Positions 1-11,681 of a stretch of DNA of 64,000 nucleotides are shown here, piece by piece. The DNA comes from Phaeosaccion multiseriatum. Its lineage: Eukaryota; Protista; Ochrophyta, other classes. The notes beneath the pieces were generated by a model, which was given only the letters and a program-made list of their open reading frames with translations, searched no databases and had not been told where the DNA came from. The stretch's first letter is position 1. The number at the start of each line of letters is the position of its first letter. Position numbers and translations under genes: made by a program. The stretch covers positions 1,798,001 to 1,862,000 of the forward strand of contig OZ218951.1 of NCBI GenBank assembly GCA_965112735.1. Direction: 5' to 3'.

Positions 1-607
1 TCTCCACCTCCTACTCCCCCGTCTCCTCCGCCTTCTCCTCCTCCCCTTCCCCCTCCTCCCGCTGCTGTCGATGCTCGCCCCCCCCGGCTTGCAGAGGTGT
101 GATATCCTCTCTTCAAGACGCAAGGGCTGAAGGCAGACAGGCATCCTCCAAGGCCATTGGGCAGCCACCCTCCACCGTCGCCCCTCCGGAGGTGCCGTAC
201 TTGCTGCTCCTCCTCGACTCGGAAACCCTCACTCTCCTCCTCGTGCTGTTCCTCATCCTGCTTCTGATCCTGTATCACCAATGGCTGCTGCTCTTTCCTC
301 TCCCATACGTCGACCGTCGCGAAGAGGCAAAAAGGCCGTCCTTCTGCCCCAGGAGCGAGAGAAGCAGCGGCAGCAGCAGCAGTTGGTGATACAGTAGGCA
401 TCGTTGCCACAGCGGCTCGTACCGCTCGACGAGCCCCCGCAGTGGCGCCATCCTTCTCCCCCCCTCTTGTGCTGATGCCACATGATTGTAAGAGGAGGTT
501 TTGCTCGCCACCGTGGTTCGTCGGAGGACTCCACGTGCCCCGACTAAAGGCAAAGGCAAGCTCACGAGGCAAAGGGAGGTCAACGCCTCCTCTCCCTCCT
601 CCTCCTC

Positions 608-657
<50 letters not shown>

Positions 658-3600
658 ACTGCAGCAGCTTCTGCTCCTAGAATCGCTGCTGGCGACGACC
701 AGCTGCTCTTTCTGGTCGGACCTGCGAGGAGGGCTGGAGAGTCAAGCAGTCGCTGGAACAGAAGCTCCTCTTGTTCGTCCTCTTGCCTTCTCCTTTGTGG
801 CCCATCGCCCCCCTTCCAGCTGCGGCAGGCGCTGTGCCCCTGACCTATGCAACGTTCCCCCTCTCGTTGTTGCCCGACCGCTACAGCCGCCGTCTTGCTG
901 CCTCGCTCCTCACAACCCCATCGTGTCGTTCTCTCCTGCCCTCCCCTCGCATCTCTTATCCTCTCCTCCTCCTGTTGCTGCTTGTGCTGTATCACCAACT
1001 GCTGCTGCGGCGGCGGCGGCGGCTGCTGTATCACCAACTGCTGCTCTCTCCCCATCCATAGCTCGAAGCGCACAGCGTTGGTGTGCAAGCACAGGAGCAG
1101 ATCGTGGGACAACACCCATCCCATGTCGAATCGCAGCTCGGAGCCGCTCACGCAAGAGAGATCCCAATAGAGCCCCTCCCCTCCATCTTCCCCCTCTCCC
1201 TCCTCCTCGGCATCCCCCCCCCCCTCTCCCTCCTCCTCCTCCTCCTCCTCCTCCTCCTCTCCCTGCCCCTCTTCGCCCCCCCCCTCCTCCCGCTGCTGCT
1301 GCCTTTGCTTCTGCTGCTCCGGGCCGAGTCGTGTTGCTGCCTTCGCCACCGTCGGACTCAAGTCACTAAGGTCCAACCCTCCGTCACCATGGCCCAGGAA
1401 GAAAGCGTAACGCAGCGACAACGCTGATGGCCAAAGGTGATGACCTCTTTGATCTCCCTGTCGGAGAGACTCCCTTTGCTTGTTTTCTCCTCCTCCTCCT
1501 CCTCCTCCTGCTCCTCCTCCTCCTCCTTCTCCTCCTCCTTCTCCTCCTCCACCACCACCACTACCACCGCCACTACCACCGCCACTTCCTCGCTCAGCAT
1601 CTTGCTGGTCGCCCTCGACATCTGCTGCCGTGTCACCAACTGCGGGCCATGGTGCTCCAGAAAGAAGACTGTGGCCAGCGTGAGCTTGAGCATCGTCGTC
1701 GCTGCCTTGCTGCTCAGGAAAGAGGGTGAGGCGCTTCAACTTCACCACAAGCGTCAGACGCTGCTTGTCCGCACTGCTGCCCCCTCTTGTACTCCTACTG
1801 CGACTACAAATGCTGCTGCGGCTGCTGCTGCTGCTGTCGCTGACGATGCTGAAGCGAGCCAAGATTTCGCCCACAACGCCGCCCCCCTCTGGACTCAGTA
1901 GCACCACCCTATGCTCGTCGAGCCTCCCCTTCCCCCTGACGAAGGCTTTGAGATACGCGGCCCCCTCCCCGAGCCTACGGCCACAGCCCAATACATTTCT
2001 GGCCTTGCTCCCCTCCTCCGAGGGCTCTAATTCAGGCTCTTTCTCCCCCTCCCCTTCCTCGTCCTCTTCCTGGTCCTCTTCCTCGTCCTCCTTCTCGTCC
2101 TCCTCGGCACCCTTTACCACCCCAGCCACCGCTGCTGCTGCTGCTGCTGCTGTTGCTGAGTCTACTTGCTGGGCTCCGGCCTTGTTGCTGATCTCTACCG
2201 CCTTTTTCTGCGGCGCCCAAATGGCCTCGTCGAGACAGCCAGTCGACGCTGATGCGCCCGGTCCTACCCCTGCTCCTACTCCTGCCCCCGCTCCCTGTCC
2301 TGTGCCATCATCTCTCTCTCCTTGCACTGTCCATGAGGATGATGATTCGTGACGATGATGATAGAGACGCTTCCTCAGAGCCTCCCTCCACCGCCCGAAA
2401 GCCTCCATGCCGAGCACCAGGCAGACGTTCTCTGCCGCTGTAACGCTCGAAACGGCACTTGAACTTGTCGGACTTGAGCTTTGTGCACCACGTTCAATGC
2501 TAACGACCACCATGGCTCTCTGTTGCACATGAGCTGTACGCACAAGCGGACTCGGCCGCTGCGCCCCCCAGAAGAAAGCAGCAGCGGTAGCAGAGGTACC
2601 TTCGCTTCTCTTGTCGGTAGGCATAGCACCTGCAGACGTCGCCATTGCCTCTACCGCAGCTGTTTCTGCTACTCCTCGGCTCAGCCTCCCCTGCTGTGCC
2701 TCTTCTGCCCCTCCTCCTCCTCCTCCTCCTCCTCGCACATTACCGTCTTGGGTTGCAGCACTGGTGGCCCCATCTCCCTGGACTTGAAAAGCCCCTCCTT
2801 CCTCCTCCTCCCCTCCCTCTACTCCACCTCCTTCACCTCCACCACCCGTCTCTCCCCCCGCGGCTGCCTCTGTGCATGCACCAATGCCAATGGAAATAGC
2901 ACTACTCGCACCCACACCGCCATCCCCACAGCAAGGCTCTAGCACCACGGCGAAACGGCAGGAGCGACCCAGCGCCTCGGCCATTGTGTTGGCTTGCGTG
3001 ACGAGGGGCAGGAGAGTGAGTACCTGTTGAGCAAGCGCAGCGTGGGCTGCCATCCCGGCCCACCGCCGCCTCGCCGCCTGCACCAAGCTGAACTCCTGCT
3101 GCAGTCTATGCTGTGCCGAGAGCTCCGCGACTTTCAGCAGCTGTTCGAGGTTACTTTCCCTCGTCCTCCTTCTTCTCGTCCTCTTACTACTATGGTCACC
3201 GTCGCCGCCGCTACGCTCACTGCTACTTCCATCACTACTGCTTTCGCCGCCACTGTGGCTCCAGGAGGGGTAGTGGTACCACGGTAAGAGCATTCGGCGT
3301 TCACGGGCAGCCTCCTGTTGTTCCTCCTCTCTCTCGTCTCTCCTTCGCTTTTGCTGCGTTCGTTGCTGACTTTCCTCCCTCCTCGCGCGTTCCATCTCCG
3401 CCTTCTTCTCCTCCTCCCACATCCGTCGCTCATTGCTGCTCCTCTCCTTTAGTAGCCTCACCTCTCTGTCCTGCGCCTGCCTCTCCTGCAGCAACTGCTC
3501 CACTTGCCTCTGCAACCTCTGCTCCTCCAAGCCCGCCAACCGTTCCTTCTCTAACCTGACCTTCTCCCTCTTCGCCGCCGCCCTTCTTTCACTCTTTGCC

Positions 3601-5917
3601 GCCTCTTCCATCTGCCGGAAGGTCTGAAGCATGGCCGCCTCCACTGCCTTGGCATCCGACTCTGCCAGTCTCTTACTCAACCTCTCCACCTCGTCCCGGA
3701 GAGAGCGAATGAGCTGTACGTTCGGGTCTTCGTTGATGTGGGCGTGAGTAGCGATGCGCTTGGCCCTTGTGGCGTAACGTAAGGTAGACATTGTCTCCTG
3801 CGCGGGTGGGGTCGGGGGGTTGTGTTTTTATGGCATCACAGTACATAATGTCAATGCACGCATGCCAATATGCATATGCAGCGATCATTCTATACGTGTA
3901 CTTGTTGCTCGCTCCTTACAGCAAACACAATTGTTGAAAGAGACCATCTCTATGGCCTACCATCCATCCACCCACCCATCCATCGCCCCCACCCACTCTT
4001 TCTCACCCACCCACTCACCTCTGCATGCAGCGTGCTGGGCGACACGGCAGCGACCATAACGGTACGAGCATTTCCGCCGAGAGACTCCTTGAGCAGCCAG
4101 GTCAGCACGGAGTCTCGGTAGGGTATGTGATGTAGGGAGTAGTGGGCAGTGGAAGAAGACGACGACGACGATGAGGAGGAAGACGAAGAAGACGACGAAG
4201 CTGCGTATGTTGATGCTGAAGATGAGGAGGAGAAGGAGGAGGAGGAGGGAAGCGAGGAGGAGAGGTCGGAGAGCGCTTTGATGACATTTCCCAGCGTCAG
4301 CAGCGACTTGTTAATGTTGCCCGACTCCCTTAGCCGTAGTCCCTCCGCGCCCGTCTTCTCCACTCGCTCGCTGCCAGCTAGGTCCACCAAACACAGCTTC
4401 GACACCCGGTCCGTGGCATTGGCGGCGTTGCCCGTCCTTGTGACGGTGGTCTGAGTGAAGGTGATCTGGAAGACGGCATGGCTGCGGCTGCTCTGATCGT
4501 TCATCAAGGTAGACCCGGTGGTTCTCCGCGCCATGCCTTTCCTAAGGGCTCGCTCCATGTCACGCCAGGACTTGACCTTTTTGCTCACGGCGCCGTCCAC
4601 ATAGGGCCCGAAGGTCGGGTGTTCGCGGACTCGTAAGGAAGCAGCAGTTCCTCCCTTGGCCTGGCTATTCCCGATGGTGGTGCTCATACCCTCCGCCCGC
4701 TGCTGCTGCAGGACCTCCCCGGCGCTCGGCTCCTTGCTGAGCAAGTCTATGACAGTTTCGTTGTAAATCTCATAGAAAATCACCCTCACCGAATAGGTTG
4801 TGGAGGTCATTATGTGTTGTGATGATGATGAGCCGCGATGGTCTCTTCTACCGGTCTCCTGTGTGCCGTCGTCCCCACTCCCATCCCCGTCCCCCTCCTT
4901 CTTGTTCGTCCTTGAGCTGGCTTCTCCCGTCTCTTCGCCCCCCTCTGCTGGTACTTCCTGTTGTTGTCGCGCATCCTCGCCTCGTGCGCTGCCGCCGCTG
5001 CCGCTGCTGCTTACCCGCTGCTGCCTCTGCGCCTGCTGCTGCTCTGCGCGTGCCTCCGCCTTTGCGATGGACCGCACGAGCGCTTTGCATATGCGAGGAA
5101 TGAGGCCTTCTTCACTGCCATTCACATGGTCATCGCCCGCTTTGCTGCCTCTTCGACTACCGCCGCTCGCAACGCTTCCCGGGGGGCCCAGCATGGTATG
5201 TGTCTTTCCAGAGCCTGTGGTTACGTGAGGGACGATTGAGGCACACCATGAGGCGACGACAGGATGCTTCTTTTCCTGCTTCGTATGCTCCTCCCGCTCA
5301 CTCACCTGTCTGCCCGTAGCAGAACACGCTGGTGTTGAAGCCCGCCCAACAGCTTCGCAAGACTCCTTTCCCAATGGTGGAGAAGATGGTGGCTTGAGTG
5401 GCGTGAGTTGGGTCCATTGCGGGGTCCGAGGCCGACCAAAATACCTGCACCCAGTCGTTCACGCACATGGTTAGTTTGTACAAGAGCGTGAGTGGAAACG
5501 CCTACGACTTCAGTGCTCCTATAGGGGGCGAGAAGGAGCCCAAGACAGCAGCCCCACTCACGTGATCGAAGGTCATCGTAGTCGATTCCGCCTCCTCCCT
5601 CGCCTTCTCCTCCTTCGTGAGGCCGGAGCTCTTCCATCCCCCTCGCTTCTGGCAGACGGAGATCTGGCACTTCCCCGTCTTCCGAAGACAGCGACCCACC
5701 AGCTCCTCCTGAGACAGCAGGGAGAGGGTCCAGGCAAAGGGAGCACAGACGATATGTTGAGGTGTGGACCCCCAATTAAATCTCCTCCCCTTAACATCCT
5801 CACCTCCGCAGTGTATGGCCTGACTCGAACGGCCACCTGCACCTTTTGCGTGTGATTTGATGTGTCTTTGTCACTCTTGGACATGATCCCATGCCGGTTT
5901 GAGGCCATATCTCTCAT
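1..5917 (-). CDS. Kinesin-3-like motor protein; multi-exon, 3' end beyond the left edge
   Basis: Motor motifs VQVAVRVRP, FCYGQTGSGKT (split by an intron), LRVREHP, NDQSSRSHAVF, LVDLAGSER, HIPYRDSVLTWLLKESLGGNARTVM. The next exon starts at 3797 with ETMSTLRYATRAKRIATHAHINEDP (kinesin-3-type neck). That frame was open at every point checked down to position 1 (long low-complexity tail). Start could be 5917, 5908 or 5884. Confidence 0.9.
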
Positions 5918-6275
5918 CTGGCCCCGTTTTCCACCAGCGGCGTAACCGAATCTCCGACGGCGACGAGGCAGAGAGACCAGAGAGGAACAGAGGGGCTATA
6001 GAAGAGAAGAGAGGAAAAGAAGCGGGAAGAGGCTTAGGCCACGCTGCATCTTGCCGCGTAGAAGAGCTCGGGGGAAGGAGAGGGCGATGGGGGTGCCCTG
6101 GCGCGGCCCCTGGTGATATGGCTCAGTGTCGGCCAAAAACAGTTAGTCCTCCTCAGAGTTTGCTATGGGGGCTTTGCCTGGGCAGGATGACGGGTGGAGA
6201 CAGAGGAGGGACGTAGTAGAGGGCGAGCAGGCGTAGTAGGATCTGTTGCAGGAGCCCCGCCCCGACCTTTGAAGG

Positions 6276-7721
6276 ATGGGGTCGGGGGCTTCCATCGCCC
6301 ACCAGCAAGCCAAGAAGGCTGCGGACAAGACGCTGAAGAACCGCCGCTACCTGAAGGGCAAGAAGCCCGAGAAGTACTTTGAAGACATCATCAAGGTCGA
6401 GATGGGCGACATTCTCCTTACCCTTCAAAGTGAGTGAGGGAGGGAGTACCTTCGGCGGGCATTGAACCCACAGGGCAGGAGCCCTTTCGCCCAACGTCCG
6501 CTGCAACCTCAGCCTTCTCTGTGCCTCAGCATCCCCGTAACACCCCCTCCCCTTTGTCCTTTGGCTTTGCACTGTGCTGGGGGATGCATCACCCCTACGT
6601 GGATGTGTATCACCATACTCATCGATAGTCTTGGACGAGGAGGCCTTCATAATATTCCAACAGTTCATCATCATCGACGCTGACAACAGCGGCGAAGTGT
6701 CGCTGGAAGAGTTCCACGAATACCTGCAGATCACGCAGTCCAAGTTCACAGAGAGAGTGTTCACCATGTTAGGTGAGCCACGCACCCGCCCACTCACCCA
6801 TCCACCTACTCACCCACCCACCCATCCACGCAAGCATCCACCACTTTCCCCCTCAATTGCAGAGCGCTCAGCTTATGTGTAACCCAATCCGTGTGCTCTC
6901 TTCCTGGCTACCGCATGCCTGTATGACTCTGTCTTACTCCTCTACTGTTCAGACATGGACGCAAGCGGTCTGCTGGACTTCAAGGAGTTCTGCGTGGGTG
7001 TGTGGTAAGTCAACGAACAGATGGGACCATTACCATCGTAAGAAGGAGCCGGGTAATATCAGCAGCTGGCATGTCCTTCCTCTCCCCTTCTTCGCCAACA
7101 CAACCAAAACCACCCACCATTCTCCGTTTCGTCCTCTCTCGCCCCCCCCCCCCCAACACACCACCACCACCACCCACCACTCTCCGTTCTGCCCTCTCTC
7201 CCCCACGCCTCTACTCCCTCCCCCCTCATCCCCCTTCTTTCCCCTAAGGAATTACTGCACATACGACACCAAGCTTGCTGCGAAGCTCATCTTTGACCTC
7301 TTCGATGTGGACAAGCTTGGAAAACTCACCATGGCGGAGTACGACTCGTTGCTGAGAATGATTGTAAGGGGGAGAGAGGGAGGGAGGGATAGGGAGACAG
7401 ACAGACATAAACCACACACATACACACACAAACACACACAAGGCCCTCTCTTGAGAATGATTGTAAGAGACAGGCACAGAGAGAGAGGCAGGCAAAGATG
7501 TAGGGAGAGGGAGAGAGAGACAAAGAGACGGAGGGAGATGGAGGGAGATGGAGAGGGAAGGAGATAGGGAGGGGGATGGGTAGAGGGAGAGAGAAGTGAT
7601 GTTCCTTCACAACTAGTGACCCTTCTGACAGCCCTGGGGCGCTAGTGCTCGATTTGTGAGGTAGATGAAAGCCCACGGACCTCGGGCTTGTTGTCCCTAC
7701 GTCAACGTTTGTCTAATGGGG

Positions 7722-7753
<32 letters not shown>

Positions 7754-9037
7754 ATTGTGGTTGTTGTTGTTGTTGGTGGTGGTCCTTGCTCAATACGACA
7801 ATATGTATATTTGTGTCCAGTACAATGTGGAAACCGCCGACCCTGAGCTCATGTCTATCTTGGCCATTCACGGCGATGACGAGGACGCCGAAGTGAGCTG
7901 GGCGGAGTTCTTACAGCTCACGGAAGAACACTATCAGATACTTCAGCCCGCCTTCGAGGTACAAAGGATTATGCGCAAGAAGCTTCTCAGCGTCAAGGTC
8001 AGTCAGTCAGTCAGTCAGTCAGTCAGTCAGTCAGTCAGCATTGTTTGTGACTGGGGCGGGGCATTGTTTGTGGTTTTTGTATTTTGAGTGTGTCGTTTAG
8101 TGAGCAGCGTGTGGGGTTGAGAGGGAACGGGGAGAGGGAGAGGGAGGGAGAGAGGGACAGAGGCGTGTAGAGTGACAGAGAGAAGCGAGGGAGAGAGAGA
8201 GAGAGCCAGGGAGAGGCAGAGGGGCGAGAGAGAGGGGGACATATGGAAAAAGAAATCCCTTACTTCCCTTCGCTCCCACACCCCGCAAGGCGTTCACACC
8301 CAATAAAACCTTACGTAATGACGCGAACACCGGCCTCCCTCCCTCTCCACGTACCTGTCCTACCTACCTACACACACACGCGCACACACACACGCACGCA
8401 CACACACATACACACACACACGTGTTGTTATGTCTGTCGCAGTATTGGGAGAAGAAGTCCAAGCTCCGACGAGAGATGTTCCAAGCCTACGACATGGGCG
8501 ACCTCCCTGCCTGGGAGGCCATTCAAGCCATCACCTCCATCAAGGCCAAGGAACGTGCCGACGAGTTGGAGCGACAGAAGGAGGAGGTGGAGGCAGCGCG
8601 GGCAGAGGAGGCTAAGCAGCTCATTGATGATGCACGCGCCCGCATGGAAGAGGATCAGAAGCGACGTGTGCATGTGTTGGAGGAGCTCAAGAGCTCGAAA
8701 TTGGATCTCGAGCTGCGCGAGGAAGAGGCGTGGGAGGCTCTCAGAGTGTGCAGGGAGGTGCGTGTACGTGTGTGAGTGTGTGGATGCGCATGCGTGGATA
8801 GTGGATGTTGTTGATGTTGAAGTTGAAGAGTTGAAAGCAGCGCCCCCATGACCCTTCTTTACCTCCTCTCTCCTCGCCTGCCGCTCCCCTCTTCTCCCTC
8901 TCGCACCCCCCTCCCACTCCTCCCTTGCACTCCCCAGGCACTGGACAAACCGTTCCTTGTGGATCAGCTCGAGGCCTTCGGGGAAGCGAAGGTGGCCATG
9001 TGGGAGGTACGAAAGCCAAGTGGGGGTCGGACTGCTG

Positions 9038-9080
<43 letters not shown>

Positions 9081-9807
9081 AATGCTTCGGCGTCTGCTGA
9101 ACGTCGCCTCCACCCCCACCCTTTCAACTGATCACACGACCGACCCCCTCCCCCCTTCTTAGCCACTACGACTCCCCACGCCTCCTTCCTCCACTGCCTG
9201 CCTTCCTCCACTACCTGCCTGCCTGCCTACCTGCTTGCCTGATGCCTTCCTGTCTACCTGCCTGCCTGCCTACCGGCCTGCCTTCCTTCCTCCACTGCCT
9301 GCATGCCTGCCTGGCTGCCTGTCTACTTGCCTGCCTCCTGCCTGCCTGTCTCCTTCTCTCTACTTCTCCCTTCACTCTCTTCCTCCACTTCCTCCCTTGA
9401 CTCCCTTTCTCCACTCCCTCCACTGCCTTCCTGCTGCCCCTTTGCCTCCCTCCACTGCCTCCATCCACTGCCTTCCTTCAGGCGTACGCGGATGCCACTG
9501 CCAAGTCCTGGGCCGCCGCAAAGGCTCGAGAGGAGAGAGACGTATCCGTGGCGGGGCAAGACGACGCCGTGCATAAGACTGAGGCATGGCTCAAGACCAA
9601 ACACGGCAGGCAGAAGTTCGAGAGCATGGTGCAGCAGCGGTACATGGTGATAATGCATAAGAGTCTGAGTGACGGTAGCGTACTGAGTCGGACGCTGTTG
9701 GCGGGCATGTTTGACGTTGCGGGGGGCAAGACGGCAAGCACGCCGGCCAAACTCGCCTTCAAGAAGCATCCCAATAAGGTGTGTAGGGGAGGGAGTGGGG
9801 ATACTAC

Positions 9808-9853
<46 letters not shown>

Positions 9854-10437
9854 GCCCCCTCACTTCCTCACTCACTGACTCTCACCCACTCACCCACTCA
9901 CCCACTCACTCACTCACTCACTCACTCACACACTCACCCACATCCTCCCTCCCCTCCTCCATTACCGCCTCTTGTCCATCCCCCTTTCCCTCCCTCTCTT
10001 CCCTTCCTCCTCCACAGAACATGGCCGAGCAGGCAAAGAAGGAAGCCAAAGAAGCGGTGCTAGAGCGTTACGCGGCGCAGGAGATTCGCAAGGTGAAGGA
10101 CAAATTCGAAAGCGAAGCAAAGGCTCGACAGAGAGATTTTGAGGCCCTCGCACGCGAGCTCGAAGACAAGCATCGACCCAAGGAGAGCAAGTGGGTGGTG
10201 TTGTGGGATGAGGACGAGCGGCAGAGCGTCATGATCAATAGAGAGACAGGGGAGCGGGCGGGTGCGAGTGATGAGATGCCGGCAGGGACGGCGGCGGAAG
10301 TGACTGCGGTGTGTGAGGAGTGCGACAATGTCATTCCGGAGGACGATGCGCGGTGCTTTGAGTGCAATACAGAGAGGAGTCGCAAGAATCTTGGCATATT
10401 CGAGGACCATCGAGAGCAGCAGCTCAACGCCTTGTGA
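6276..10437 (+). CDS. N-myristoylated multi-EF-hand Ca2+-binding protein with coiled coil and C-terminal CxxC...CxxC zinc ribbon
   Basis: ATG at 6276 gives MGSGAS. EF-hand loops DADNSGEVSLEE, DMDASGLLDFKE, DVDKLGKLTMAE, DDEDAEVSWAE. Charged helical exons at 8443-8757 and ~10020. C-terminus CEECDNVIPEDDARCFEC. GT-AG introns flank the coding blocks. Confidence 0.8.
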
Positions 10438-11681
10438 TGGTGATGATGAAGACGATGAGGATCTGCAGATCTACGGGTGTACGGGTCTACTTAGGCCCCT
10501 TTGGTAACGAGCAGAAGAGGGGAGGGGTGCGCCCTTCCCACCTCCGACACACACGACAGCAAGCGGTGGCGAAGCTGTGGCGTGGATGGCACTGGATGGG
10601 CAGGCCTGTCTCTTCTGTCCTCTCCATTGTGGGGTGGCGCCTTTGGACCTCCCGGAGACGCCGCCCACCATGCCTCGCGCGCAGAGCGATGCCCTCCCTG
10701 CCCTCTGCTGCCCTCTGCCCTCTGGACGGTGGCAGTGGATGGATATGATGTCCCGGGGTGACACAGGCACTTTGGACCCATACCGACCAGCTACACCTGT
10801 TCTCTCTGCTCTGGATGCGGCTCAACACAGGGGAGGACGAGAAAAGATATCATACACAGATGTCAAGCAGTATGTCAAGCAGCAAAGAGGGAGGGGATAA
10901 GCAGGCAGGAGCAGGGCCGAGAGAAAGCCTCTATGGTTTGTGAGTGTGACGTCCCGGTGTGCCAGCGTCGCCCCTCGGCGTCTTCACCGGGCCTCTCTCT
11001 CTCCCTTCCCCTTCGTGTCGCTCGCTTGCTTCAAGGGTGCACAGGGGCAGGACAAGGGTATGGGCCAGTAGGCCTGCCTCCACCACCCACCCGCGATAAG
11101 GGTATGGGCCAGTAGGCCTGCCTCCCCCACCCACCCCGCCTGGTGTACTGTGGATCGAATCCCTCATCCAGACCCCGTGCTAAGTACGTGTGCGAAGCGA
11201 TCACGAAGGACAGCACATGGGATACTCAGAGGGACGAACGCTGGAAGCGTAGCACACGGAGGAGGAGCAGCAATAGCAGCAGAGTGGCACCATCATCTCC
11301 ACTCAATCACGGTCGCAGTGCTTGCCGGTCTGACTGCCTTGAGCAGAGCACTGATGACCTCGTCAATATCTGACTTACTACAGCTCTAGTTAGAGAGCAG
11401 TCAGCGATTGTTCCCATTTTGGGGGGGGGGTTATCTTAACTATTACTTCGTAGTAATACAAATGCCATTTTTCCCGACGGAATGGAGCAAACAGATGAAC
11501 GAGTGGGAGGGGGTCTACGCGTAGCAATCGGTACGAGAGCCGCATACGCCCTCCTCTGCGCCCCTGCGCCACCAGCCACCGCCATCAGCCACTATACGAG
11601 ATGTGCGCCGCATCTCCGTCCGATCTCGATCAGGAGCTGGCGGCTCCGCCGTGAGAATGCCTCTCTCCAGTGCCCACTCAG

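Noticed and set aside
1095-1140. Similar short words (DRGTTPI-like; ATCCCATGTCG) at ~1100, ~35000 and ~53610
   Set aside because: Matches are short (about 11 nt) and nucleotide similarity is inconsistent, so they do not support a repeat family.
99-3627. Many plus-strand ORFs rich in poly-L, P, S or A
   Set aside because: Antisense shadows of the triplet-repeat-rich kinesin exon on the minus strand.
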